Shown here in pieces: positions 17,393-25,949 of a stretch of 64,000 bases of DNA. This DNA is from Verrucomicrobiota bacterium (GTDB lineage: Bacteria; Verrucomicrobiota; Verrucomicrobiia; Limisphaerales; UBA1412): the NCBI GenBank assembly GCA_023230105.1, contig JALNXY010000002.1, positions 129,181 to 193,180 on the forward strand, given 5' to 3'. Positions within the stretch are counted from its first letter, which is position 1; each line of letters opens with the position of its first letter. The position numbers and the translations under genes were made by a program. The notes beneath the pieces are model-generated. The model did no database searches. It was not told the origin of the DNA and worked only from the letters and a program-made list of their open reading frames with translations.

Positions 17393-19237
17393 TTACTTTT
17401 TCCGACGGGGATCCACCGGCTGACACGTGGGACTCTTCTCGTCATACATATCGAGCCGCTTGAAGAACTCTATCGCAAAATGGCGGTGCCCCAATCCGTT
17501 GGGATGAATCGGATCGTTGAGCCATTCGTTCAATATCTCCGGAGTGGTGCAATTGGCCTTCCACCAGCTCCAGTGGTCCACGACGATGACGCCCTGCTGC
17601 TGAGCGATTTCTCTGACGATATCCGAGTAGGCTTCAGTCTCGGCCTGGACCGGTACTTTCTCGAGCTGAATCATGTTGAGAGTATTCAGAACGGGAATGG
17701 CCCCGATATCCCGAATTCGTTTAATCAGCGAGGTCAGGTTCTGCCGGAACTCATCCTTTTTATTCGGTCCCCGGCGGGCATCGTTCATACCGATCATCAC
17801 CGAGACAACCTGCGGTTTGAACTCCGCCACCCGGCGATCAAAATCACGCAAAATTCCGTCCGTCGTATCGCCGCTGATTCCGGTCTTGATCACCACGTCG
17901 CGCGGACGCCAGAATTCACCGCGAATACGCTCTTCAAAGTGCTCCGCGTAACTGCGCTCGCCCAAGGTGTGCACGATTGCATGAGTGATACTGTCCCCGG
18001 TAAAGAGCCAGTTCATGGGAACTGCGCGGTTCGCCACCATCGCCTTGATTGCTGCCAGGTCCTTTTCCGGATTGCCGGGCATGGATCCCGGGTAAAGCTT
18101 ATCCACCGTATCCAGATTGAATCGAACCGACATAATATAGGCCGGCTCTTTGTCGGTCCAGTGGCCGTAGGTGATATTGAGCAAATCGCCCGTGGGCAAA
18201 ACGGTCACGGCCGGATAAGCGCAGTCCCAGGAATTCTTGTTATCTTTGAGGCGGATTCTGTATTGGCCCGGGCGTCCGTTGAGCAGATCATCATAAGTTC
18301 CGACCCAGGCGACCCAATCGCCCGATGTGGCAGAGCTCTGACCCGTCGGCTGTATATCCCGGAAAGAGACGTAGAGTCTGCCATCGGGTGCATAGACCGG
18401 AGTATGGCGGTCGCCGTTGAGCTCCGGAGGCAGAGGCCGCGGATTGCTCCAGGTACGCCCCTCGTCATTGGAAAACATGATCTGGGAATTCTTCCTGCGG
18501 GCGTTTTCGCGCAGCAGCATGGCGATCTGTTTGCCATCGGGAGAACGGATTACTCCCGGTTCGCAGAGGTTCATTTCAGAGGAGGCATAAATCTTTTTGG
18601 GTTTATCCCAGGTCAAGCCGCCATCAACGCTCTCCACGGTGTAGAGAGTGAAAACGGCCGGACTGAGCATCTGGTTCTGAGAGGTAATGAAACGGCCATC
18701 ATCGTGGAAAAAGGCCATGTAATGTCCCGGTTCCTTCATCGGTATCTGGCTGGCCATGGCGACGATTCCGCCCCATTCTCCGGCGGCTTTGAGCTCGCTC
18801 CATGTGGCTCCGTCATCCTCCGAGATCGCATACCGTGCCGGATAGAGAGCCGACCAGACGATCAGCCGCTTCTTGCCCGCCGGGTCAATCACCCGGTAAA
18901 TATGCGGCGTCTCCAGACTGGTGGCCCAGCTTTCGGGCACTTTCAGGCGTTCGCTCCAGTTCCATCCCTGGTCATCGCTCCGCTTGAGGATCAGGCCCCC
19001 CTTGCCGTGACCGCGCGGATAAACGCAGTAAATCGTTTTGCCATCCTCCAGCATCACCGTGCTGGGATGACCCAGGTATTGCCCTTTCTCCTGATCCACC
19101 ACCTTTTGCATATTGACCTGCCCATCCAGGTCAATCGTAGGAATGGAAAAAGCCATTGCCGCTATCCCCATGGAAAGCAGGCAGACACACACAAAGGCCG
19201 GTAAACCCAGGCCCCATTCTTCAATTTTCTTTCTCAT
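17393..19237 (-). CDS. BNR/Asp-box sialidase-like beta-propeller fused to a C-terminal SGNH/GDSL esterase
   Basis: 614 aa. N-terminal membrane anchor or signal. Four Asp boxes (SDDQGWNW, SEDDGATW, SVDGGLTW, SNDEGRTW). C-terminal SGNH blocks FTGDSITHA, GMNDAR, DPIHPN. Confidence 0.8.
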   Translation of the reverse strand: MRKKIEEWGLGLPAFVCVCLLSMGIAAMAFSIPTIDLDGQVNMQKVVDQEKGQYLGHPSTVMLEDGKTIYCVYPRGHGKGGLILKRSDDQGWNWSERLKVPESWATSLETPHIYRVIDPAGKKRLIVWSALYPARYAISEDDGATWSELKAAGEWGGIVAMASQIPMKEPGHYMAFFHDDGRFITSQNQMLSPAVFTLYTVESVDGGLTWDKPKKIYASSEMNLCEPGVIRSPDGKQIAMLLRENARRKNSQIMFSNDEGRTWSNPRPLPPELNGDRHTPVYAPDGRLYVSFRDIQPTGQSSATSGDWVAWVGTYDDLLNGRPGQYRIRLKDNKNSWDCAYPAVTVLPTGDLLNITYGHWTDKEPAYIMSVRFNLDTVDKLYPGSMPGNPEKDLAAIKAMVANRAVPMNWLFTGDSITHAIVHTLGERSYAEHFEERIRGEFWRPRDVVIKTGISGDTTDGILRDFDRRVAEFKPQVVSVMIGMNDARRGPNKKDEFRQNLTSLIKRIRDIGAIPVLNTLNMIQLEKVPVQAETEAYSDIVREIAQQQGVIVVDHWSWWKANCTTPEILNEWLNDPIHPNGLGHRHFAIEFFKRLDMYDEKSPTCQPVDPRRKK

Positions 19238-19370
19238 ATCGCTAACCTTCTATACGTGCCTTATCCTGCCATATACCTCAATCCACTTCAACCAAATAAG
19301 AAAAAACCAAAAATCTCTATGTAAAAGTCTAGACTTTCCCTGGGCCATTTATTCATAATCCAATCGGTTT

Positions 19371-20105
19371 ATGGGACGTCAATGGTTACATGCTAAACGC
19401 CAGGTGGCTTCGCTCAAGAAGACTCAGGCCACCGGCAAAGTCGTTCGAGAAATTATGGTCGCCGCCAAAATGGGCGGAGCTGACCCGGCTCTCAATGCCC
19501 GTCTCGGGGCGGCATTGGAGAAGGCTCGCAAGGAAAATGTCAGCCGCGATGTCATCGAGCGCACAATTAAGAAAGCGACAGGTACCGGAGATGAAAAGCT
19601 GGTCATGGACCAGATCATCTACGAGGGGTACGCCCCGCACAAGGTGCCCGTCATTGTAGAAGTTTATACGGATAATCCGAACCGGACCGCCCCGGAAATG
19701 CGGGTCCTCTTCCGTAGAGGCACTATGGGTTCGGCAGGCAGCAACCGCTTCCTCTTTGACCTGGTCGGCCTGGTCGAGGGATACCTGCAGCCCGAAGGAG
19801 AAATCGACCTGGAGGAGATCGCCATTGAATGTGGCGCAGAAGAGGTCTATTTGCTGAGCCATGAGGAGAATAACGACATCCCTGCCGACTCGATGGGAGC
19901 CCGTTTTGTCACCGGCCGCACAGACGTTCACGAGGTCTCCGTGGCACTCGGCGCTAAAGGCTGGAAGATCGTTACCAGTGAACTGGGGTACCTGCCCAAA
20001 AACTATCCGGAACTGACCGAAGAAGAACGGATTGATGTTGGAGAATTCCTCCAGGCGCTGGAAGATCACGACGATGTTCACCGGGTTTGGGCCGCCGTGA
20101 AATAG
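19371..20105 (+). CDS. YebC/PmpR-family probable transcriptional regulator
   Basis: 244 aa. WLHAKRQVASLKKTQATGKVVREIMVAAKMGGADPALNARLGAALEKARKENVSRDVIERTIKKATG is the typical YebC N-domain. Confidence 0.9.
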   Translation: MGRQWLHAKRQVASLKKTQATGKVVREIMVAAKMGGADPALNARLGAALEKARKENVSRDVIERTIKKATGTGDEKLVMDQIIYEGYAPHKVPVIVEVYTDNPNRTAPEMRVLFRRGTMGSAGSNRFLFDLVGLVEGYLQPEGEIDLEEIAIECGAEEVYLLSHEENNDIPADSMGARFVTGRTDVHEVSVALGAKGWKIVTSELGYLPKNYPELTEEERIDVGEFLQALEDHDDVHRVWAAVK

Positions 20106-20203
20106 CACTATCCGGGTTTAGGGGCGTTCAGGGCTTGCAGCGTTGGTGCGTTAGGGTTAGACTTTTAGAGTTCACATAGGGTGAACAAGGGAGCTATTTT
20201 AAA

Positions 20204-20863
20204 ATGAAAAGCTATGCCAGAATACTACTATTACTCACTCTGGGAGTGAGCGTCGCTTTGACCCAAAATCTCTTTGCCCAGGGCGATGACGCTGCTGTTT
20301 ATTATCAGGAGCGCATCCGGGCTCTTTCCACCCGTGTGGAGGAGCTTACTCAAGCCCATGCGGAAATCATCCAGGCCATTAATAAATTGCAGCGTCAATA
20401 CAATGTAATGGCAGAAGAGGTCTCCCGGCTCCGCGAGGCCGTGAAAACGCCTCCTCCGCCGCCCGATTTAAGTTCTGCCGCCAGCCTGGACAGCGTCAAA
20501 CAACTCCAGACCGCTTTGGTCGCCTTGGAAAACCGCTTCCTGGCCAGTGAGAAAGACCGCCAGCGCGATAATGAACGCCTGTTGAAACAGCTTGATAAGC
20601 TGGCAAAGATCGCCCCTTCGGCCTCCATACCAAGCACACCCAAGTCGGCGAAAACCTCCTCCAAACAACCCGAAATTGTCGGAGACGGGACTGTCTATGA
20701 ATGGACTGTTAAAGAAGGCGAAACTCTTTCAGGCATCGTCAAGATGGTCAAGAATAGCGGCGGCAATACCTCCGTGGATGCGATCCTCAAAGCTAACCCG
20801 GGGCTCAACCCCAACGCGATGCAGGTCGGCCGCAAAATCATCATCCCGGAGATCGGTAAATAA
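20204..20863 (+). CDS. Secreted coiled-coil protein with C-terminal LysM domain
   Basis: 219 aa, signal peptide, heptad-rich middle, LysM (YEWTVKEGETLSGIVKMV...ILKANPGLNPNAMQVGRKIIIP). Confidence 0.75.
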   Translation: MKSYARILLLLTLGVSVALTQNLFAQGDDAAVYYQERIRALSTRVEELTQAHAEIIQAINKLQRQYNVMAEEVSRLREAVKTPPPPPDLSSAASLDSVKQLQTALVALENRFLASEKDRQRDNERLLKQLDKLAKIAPSASIPSTPKSAKTSSKQPEIVGDGTVYEWTVKEGETLSGIVKMVKNSGGNTSVDAILKANPGLNPNAMQVGRKIIIPEIGK

Positions 20864-20893
20864 CCTGTTTCAAATTTGATTCGATAGCCAAAA

Positions 20894-21169
20894 ATGCCTC
20901 TTTACGAATATGAAGTAATTCCTCCCGAGGGAGAGGAGAATGCGCCGTTGGAGTCTCTCTGCAGGATTTGCAAGGGCCGCTTCGCGCTCAACCGCCCGAT
21001 TGATGCCCCAGAGCTTGAGGATTGCCCCCTCTGCCATAAACCAGTGCGCAAAATTATCTCGCTGTTCAACACACCCCATTACACAAAACCTGTCTCGATC
21101 ATTGACGCTAAGAAGGCCGGCTTTACCGTTCTTAAACGGACTAGCAAAGGCGAATATGAGCGCCAGTAA
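20894..21169 (+). CDS. FmdB-family zinc-ribbon putative regulatory protein
   Basis: 91 aa. MPLYEYEV start and CRICKG...CPLCHK (CxxC-CxxC) arrangement. Confidence 0.7.
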   Translation: MPLYEYEVIPPEGEENAPLESLCRICKGRFALNRPIDAPELEDCPLCHKPVRKIISLFNTPHYTKPVSIIDAKKAGFTVLKRTSKGEYERQ

Positions 21170-21195
21170 TCCCGACTCTCTATCCTTTACTCACT

Positions 21196-21810
21196 TTGAT
21201 AGCACTTATTGATTACGGTTCGGGCAACCTGAACAGTGTCCAGAAAGCTTTCCAGCACCTGGGAGCGGATATCTGCAGAATCAGCGAGCCCGAGAAAATG
21301 GCCCAGGCTCAAGCAGTTGTACTGCCCGGCGTGGGCGCTTTCGATGACTGCATGGCCGCCATCCGCCGCCAGAAGCTTGATGCGCCGCTCCTGCAATTTA
21401 TCAAATCAGGCAAGCCCTTCCTGGGTATCTGTGTCGGCTACCAGGCACTTTTCGAAGGAAGCCAGGAATTCCATAGTGTCGAACCGGGGCTCGGCGTTTT
21501 CAAAGGCAACGTCCGCCGGTTTAACGACCATCCCTCTATTAAAATCCCGCAGATCGGCTGGAATAGTATCTCCATTCTCAATCCCGCCTGCCCTCTCTAT
21601 AAAGGGGTCACCCCGGGCAGTTACGTCTACTTCGTCCACAGCTTTTACCCGGTCCCTGAGGATGCTGCGATCGCCGCGACCCAAACCGAGTATGGCGACA
21701 CATTCACCTCCAGCGTCTGGCGCGACAACATTTTCGCCGTCCAGTTCCACCCCGAAAAAAGCCAGCAGGTCGGCCTCCGCATCCTCCGCAACTTCCTTGA
21801 TTTAGTTTAG
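21196..21810 (+). CDS. hisH: Imidazole glycerol phosphate synthase, glutamine amidotransferase subunit
   Basis: 204 aa, TTG start. IALIDYGSGNLNSVQKAF, LPGVGAF, GICVGYQALFE (nucleophile Cys), HSFY, FHPEKS. No other his genes adjacent. Confidence 0.92.
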   Translation: MIALIDYGSGNLNSVQKAFQHLGADICRISEPEKMAQAQAVVLPGVGAFDDCMAAIRRQKLDAPLLQFIKSGKPFLGICVGYQALFEGSQEFHSVEPGLGVFKGNVRRFNDHPSIKIPQIGWNSISILNPACPLYKGVTPGSYVYFVHSFYPVPEDAAIAATQTEYGDTFTSSVWRDNIFAVQFHPEKSQQVGLRILRNFLDLV

Positions 21811-22419
21811 CTCAAAGTAGCTGTTAATAATCGTTCTGAAACGGTCATTATCTCTCTTCTCAACGATGCTATTTACGGCATCTAACACTCTATCATTATC
21901 GGTGATGCGTCGTCGAAACATAACCGCCGTGACACCAAATAGCATTGCAAGCTCGGCATCATCTTCCAACTCTTCAACGGCTTTGAACAGTGGTTCCTCC
22001 GGAACCAATATCGCTCTGGCAAAAACATTTGCCTGATATTTCAAAATCCAATACTCCCAGTCTTCGTCTCTCCGCATAAAACGCAACCACTCCTCTGTCG
22101 TTTTATAAGAGTTATTTGAATTAAGAATTCCACGATGCATCACGATGTGTCCCAGCTCATAAGCCATCGCATAGCGCACATGCACGTAGTATCTTTCGGA
22201 TCGATAACGACTGCGATCAACATAAATTTTATCAAATTTACTGTTCGTAGCGGATTCGACACCAAATTTTCTCTTGAGAAAAGGAACAGGAATAATTTCA
22301 ATATTCTGAGATTCAATAATCCCTTCAATATCCACCGGCACGTCATAACTCTTAAGGACGGAAACGAATTCCTTTACTCGTATATAAATATCGTCGGATT
22401 TTAATTTAGGTAAATTCAT
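21802..22419 (-). CDS. ImmA/IrrE (M78, COG2856)-like protein with degenerate metal-binding motif
   Basis: Track ORF 21802..22596. I use the ATG at 22419 (MNLPKLKS...), which overlaps the XRE stop as ATGA. RYAMAYELGHIVMH aligns with the family RFTxAHELGHxxxH, and QANVFARAILVPEE with EANxFAxxLLxP. The first His of HExxH is Tyr. Visibly lower GC than the flanks. Confidence 0.7.
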   Translation of the reverse strand: MNLPKLKSDDIYIRVKEFVSVLKSYDVPVDIEGIIESQNIEIIPVPFLKRKFGVESATNSKFDKIYVDRSRYRSERYYVHVRYAMAYELGHIVMHRGILNSNNSYKTTEEWLRFMRRDEDWEYWILKYQANVFARAILVPEEPLFKAVEELEDDAELAMLFGVTAVMFRRRITDNDRVLDAVNSIVEKRDNDRFRTIINSYFELN

Positions 22420-22799
22420 CTTGGTTTCAGTTCTCCAAATAACGTATCCTTCAACTCCAACAGATCTTCCACCGGAAGCATTTTTCCCTTTAAAGCCTGC
22501 AGAAACACCGGAAGCTCTGAAACCAGCTCTTCCTCCGTAATATCCCTGGGCAGCTCTCTGCGTGAGAGTGCCGCCATTTCCATGAATTGAAACCATTCAT
22601 CGCTCTGGGGTGTAAGCCCCAGTGCTTTGGCAAAGCGCTTGGTCACATTCTCACCGGAAGCCGGACACAGACGGCGCTCAATTCTGCTGATATTGGCCGG
22701 GTCATCGGCCGCTTTCCGAGCCAAATCCCTCAAGCTCAGCTTGGCCTGACAGCGCAAACTCTTCAGCAAATCCCCAAAAGTTTTTAAATCATTACTCAT
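22416..22799 (-). CDS. XRE-family helix-turn-helix transcriptional regulator
   Basis: 127 aa. FGDLLKSLRCQAKLSLRDLARKAADDPANISRIERR is an HTH_3/XRE motif. Translationally coupled to the ImmA-like gene. Confidence 0.8.
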   Translation of the reverse strand: MSNDLKTFGDLLKSLRCQAKLSLRDLARKAADDPANISRIERRLCPASGENVTKRFAKALGLTPQSDEWFQFMEMAALSRRELPRDITEEELVSELPVFLQALKGKMLPVEDLLELKDTLFGELKPR

Positions 22800-22831
22800 C
22801 TATTTCACCTCATTTCCCAACACTCAGCGCT

Positions 22832-22850
22832 GTTGTAATAAAGATACAAC
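22832..22850. promoter_or_regulatory. Inverted repeat GTTGTA-N7-TACAAC in the XRE promoter region (candidate operator)
   Basis: Lies 33-51 nt upstream of the XRE start. On the minus strand a TTGACA (22858..22863) sits about 17 nt from a TATTAC -10-like hexamer that overlaps the repeat. Confidence 0.35.
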
Positions 22851-22991
22851 ACTCCCCTGTCAATCTTGACGAGAAATAAATTTATAAAATCACCCCTTTT
22901 TATCCCATTATCCCCCATCTATTGCGATAATTTGAGCGAACTCCCGGAATTATGCTTTGCCAAAATTTTCTCCTCTTTATAGAATCTATCC

Positions 22992-24533
22992 GTGATTTCT
23001 AAGGTCTATTCAGCAACGGTGCAAGGAATCAGCCCCGTGCTGGTCGAAGTGGAAGTAAGCTCTATTCTGGCGGATACGTTTTCTATTGCCATTGTGGGGC
23101 TGCCGGATGCCGCCGTCAGAGAGGCTCGCGAGCGCCTTCGCCCTGCCCTGCGTAACTCGGCTTTGCAGGAGCCCCTGGGGCTCGTCACCGTGAACCTTGC
23201 CCCGGCAGATATCAGGAAAGAGGGTCCCAGCTTCGACCTGGCGATTGCGGTCGCTACTCTTGCCGCCACCGATCAAATCAGCTCGCCCTATCTGGAGGAC
23301 CATCTCTTCGCCGGAGAACTGGCCCTCAACGGAACCGTGCGCCCTATTCACGGAGCCCTCTCCATGGCTCTATGCGCGCGCGAATCGGGCAAAAAAGGAA
23401 TCTTCCTGCCTGCGGAAAATGCTCTGGAGGGTGCTCTGGTTTCCGGCATTGAGGTCTACCCTGTGGAATCTCTGGCTCAGCTGGTGGCTTTTTTGCGCGG
23501 CGAAACACCCCTGGAACCGGTGAAAGAGAGTTTCGAGGAACTCCTCAATGGCCGTCCCGAGACAATCCTCGATTTTGCCGATGTCAAAGGCCAGGAATCG
23601 GTCAAGCGCGCACTGGAAATCGCCGCTGCCGGCGCCCATAACCTCATTATGGTGGGGCCTCCGGGAACCGGTAAATCGATGCTGGCCCGCAGACTCCCCT
23701 CCATCTTGCCACCCATGACTCTGGAGGAAGCTCTGGAAGTCACCCAGATACACAGCATTATGGGGCTGCTCAAGCCCGGGCAACATATTTTAACCGAGCG
23801 GCCTTTCCGCGCACCTCATCACACGGCCAGCAATGTCGGGCTCCTGGGCGGCGGCAGCACCCCAGCTCCCGGAGAAATCACCCTGGCTCACCACGGAGTC
23901 CTCTTTCTGGATGAGCTGCCTGAATTTAAGCGAACCGTCCTGGAAACCTTGCGCCAGCCGCTGGAGGATGGTTTCGTGACCATTTCCCGGGCTTCGGGAA
24001 CTCTTGTCTTCCCAACCGAGCTGATGCTGATTGCCGCCATGAATCCCTCCCCGGACGGAAAAATGCCTCAGGAATCCCGCAGCTCACCGCGACAGATTCA
24101 GTGCTATCTGGGCCGCATCTCGGGGCCGCTTCTGGACCGTATCGATCTGCATATCGAGGTTCCGACCGTTCCCTTTCGCTACATCTCCTCCAACCAGGAG
24201 CCTGCGGAGAGCTCGGCAGAAATCCGCAAACGGGTCATCGCCGCCCGGCAGAGGCAGATCGAGCGCTTCAAACAATCCCCGAATATCCGCTCCAATGCCC
24301 GAATGGGAAGCCGCGAGCTCAAGAATTTCTGCAACCTCAATGCCGATTGCCTGAACCTGCTCAAAATGGCCATGAATGAGCTCCAGCTGAGCGCCCGTGC
24401 CTATGGCCGCATCCGCAAAGTCGCCCGCACGATTGCCGACCTGGATAACTCCGATGAAATCCAGACTCAGCACATCATGGAGGCCAGCCAATACAGAAAC
24501 CTGGACCGGCAAGTCTGGAGCTTTATCTCCTGA
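22992..24533 (+). CDS. comM: YifB/ComM-family Mg-chelatase-like AAA+ ATPase
   Basis: 513 aa, GTG start. Lon-protease-like N-domain, VGPPGTGKSMLARRLPSILPP Walker A, GVLFLDELPEF Walker B, C-terminal RAYGRIRKVARTIADLD. Confidence 0.92.
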   Translation: MISKVYSATVQGISPVLVEVEVSSILADTFSIAIVGLPDAAVREARERLRPALRNSALQEPLGLVTVNLAPADIRKEGPSFDLAIAVATLAATDQISSPYLEDHLFAGELALNGTVRPIHGALSMALCARESGKKGIFLPAENALEGALVSGIEVYPVESLAQLVAFLRGETPLEPVKESFEELLNGRPETILDFADVKGQESVKRALEIAAAGAHNLIMVGPPGTGKSMLARRLPSILPPMTLEEALEVTQIHSIMGLLKPGQHILTERPFRAPHHTASNVGLLGGGSTPAPGEITLAHHGVLFLDELPEFKRTVLETLRQPLEDGFVTISRASGTLVFPTELMLIAAMNPSPDGKMPQESRSSPRQIQCYLGRISGPLLDRIDLHIEVPTVPFRYISSNQEPAESSAEIRKRVIAARQRQIERFKQSPNIRSNARMGSRELKNFCNLNADCLNLLKMAMNELQLSARAYGRIRKVARTIADLDNSDEIQTQHIMEASQYRNLDRQVWSFIS

Positions 24534-24555
24534 GTACCCGGCTACCGGAGCAATA

Positions 24556-25932
24556 ATGAAAACGAAATTGTTCAGTTTATTCCTTCTGGCGGCATCTCTC
24601 TGCACTCTGCAGGCCGCCGAACCCTACCGGATTCAGGTAGTGGATAGCGAAAACGGCTGGCCGGTCCCCCTTGTCGAGCTGAAGACCGTCGGCCATATCC
24701 GTTTCGTCAGCGATAATGCAGGCGTCATCGCTTTTAATGAACCGGACCTGATGAATCAGGAAGTTTGGTTCGATATTAGCGGTCATGGTTACACGGTGCC
24801 CAAGGATGGCTTCGGCTACCGGGGCGTGCGCCTGAAACCGACTCCGGGCGGAGAAACCACGGTCAAGGTCGAGCGAGAGAGTATCGCCCGGCGAATCGGC
24901 AGATTGACTGGGAGCGGACTCTTTGCGGAAAGCAAAAAATGCGGATTGATGCCCGATTGGGTCGATACCGGGGTGATCGGCTGCGACAGCGTGCAAACGA
25001 CGATTTATGGAGGCCGGGTTTTCTGGGCCTGGGGCGATACATCGCTGCCCGGCTACCCTCTGGGAATCTTCCACACCACCGCTGCGACAACGGATCTCTC
25101 TCCCAAATTCCCCGCTGAGCCGCCGGTTCAGGTCGTCTTCGATTTATTCCGTGATGAGGGAGGTAAGCTCCGCGGCGTCGCCAAACTGCCGGGCGAGGGT
25201 CCCACTTGGATCAGCGGCACTCTCACCCTCAAAGATAAAAACGGACGGGAGCGGCTCTGCACGGTCTATAATAAAATCAAGCCGCCTCTGGATGCCTACG
25301 AGAAAGGGCTCTCGGTCTGGAACGATGAAAAAAAGGAATTTGAACGCACCCTCATGATCTGGGAAAAAGCTTCAGGCAAGCCCTCTCCCACACTGCCAGA
25401 TGGCCACCCCATCTTTTGGAAAGATGAGAAGACGGGGATAGATTGGGTCCTTTTCGGCGATCCGCTGCCCCGGCTCAAATGCAGGGCAACTTATGAGGAT
25501 TGGCTCAATCCCGATGCGTGGGAAAAGGTGGAATCACCTCGCACACTCGCCTCAGCCGAGGAAGAGGAAACCGTCCGGCTCCACACCGGTTCGGTCCAGT
25601 GGAGCCAATACCGCCAGCGCTGGGTCACTGTGTTTGTTCAGTCAGGGGGAAAATCTTCTTATCTGGGAGACCTCTGGTATGCCGAGGCCAAATCACCTCT
25701 GGGCCCCTGGGGTAAAGCGGTCCGGGTTCTCTCCCATGACCGCTATACTTTTTACAATCCCAGGTTGCATCCGGAGCTGGTCGCAGCCGACGAGCCGTAT
25801 CTTCTTTTTGAAGGCACCTACACGACGACCTTCGAGAACCACGCTTTCCCGACAGCCCGATACGACTACAACCAGATCCTCTACCGTTTGGAGCTAAATG
25901 ACCCCAAACTCAAACCGGCCTTTGTAGATTAA
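24556..25932 (+). CDS. Secreted hypothetical protein (CarboxypepD_reg-like N-domain plus probable beta-propeller)
   Basis: Track ORF begins at 24397 inside comM. The ATG at 24556 gives signal peptide MKTKLFSLFLLAASLCTLQA. YRIQVVDSENGWPVPLVELK resembles carboxypeptidase-regulatory-like folds. The rest is unassigned. Confidence 0.6.
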   Translation: MKTKLFSLFLLAASLCTLQAAEPYRIQVVDSENGWPVPLVELKTVGHIRFVSDNAGVIAFNEPDLMNQEVWFDISGHGYTVPKDGFGYRGVRLKPTPGGETTVKVERESIARRIGRLTGSGLFAESKKCGLMPDWVDTGVIGCDSVQTTIYGGRVFWAWGDTSLPGYPLGIFHTTAATTDLSPKFPAEPPVQVVFDLFRDEGGKLRGVAKLPGEGPTWISGTLTLKDKNGRERLCTVYNKIKPPLDAYEKGLSVWNDEKKEFERTLMIWEKASGKPSPTLPDGHPIFWKDEKTGIDWVLFGDPLPRLKCRATYEDWLNPDAWEKVESPRTLASAEEEETVRLHTGSVQWSQYRQRWVTVFVQSGGKSSYLGDLWYAEAKSPLGPWGKAVRVLSHDRYTFYNPRLHPELVAADEPYLLFEGTYTTTFENHAFPTARYDYNQILYRLELNDPKLKPAFVD

Positions 25933-25949
25933 GGCGTGTTCGCCGCCAG

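Noticed and set aside
17480-19204. 574-aa plus-strand ORF
   Set aside because: Antisense to the sialidase-SGNH gene, which carries four Asp boxes and SGNH blocks. The plus-frame product is Arg/His/Gly-rich with no domain.
24397-24555. N-terminal 53-aa extension of the 24397..25932 ORF (also similar upstream extensions at 6086, 22596, 28454, 29861, 46027, 56889)
   Set aside because: The extensions overlap the preceding genes or lack an RBS. Internal ATGs give canonical N-termini or signal peptides (for example MKTKLFSLFLLAASLCTLQA, or AGGAGG-8-ATG at 56838).
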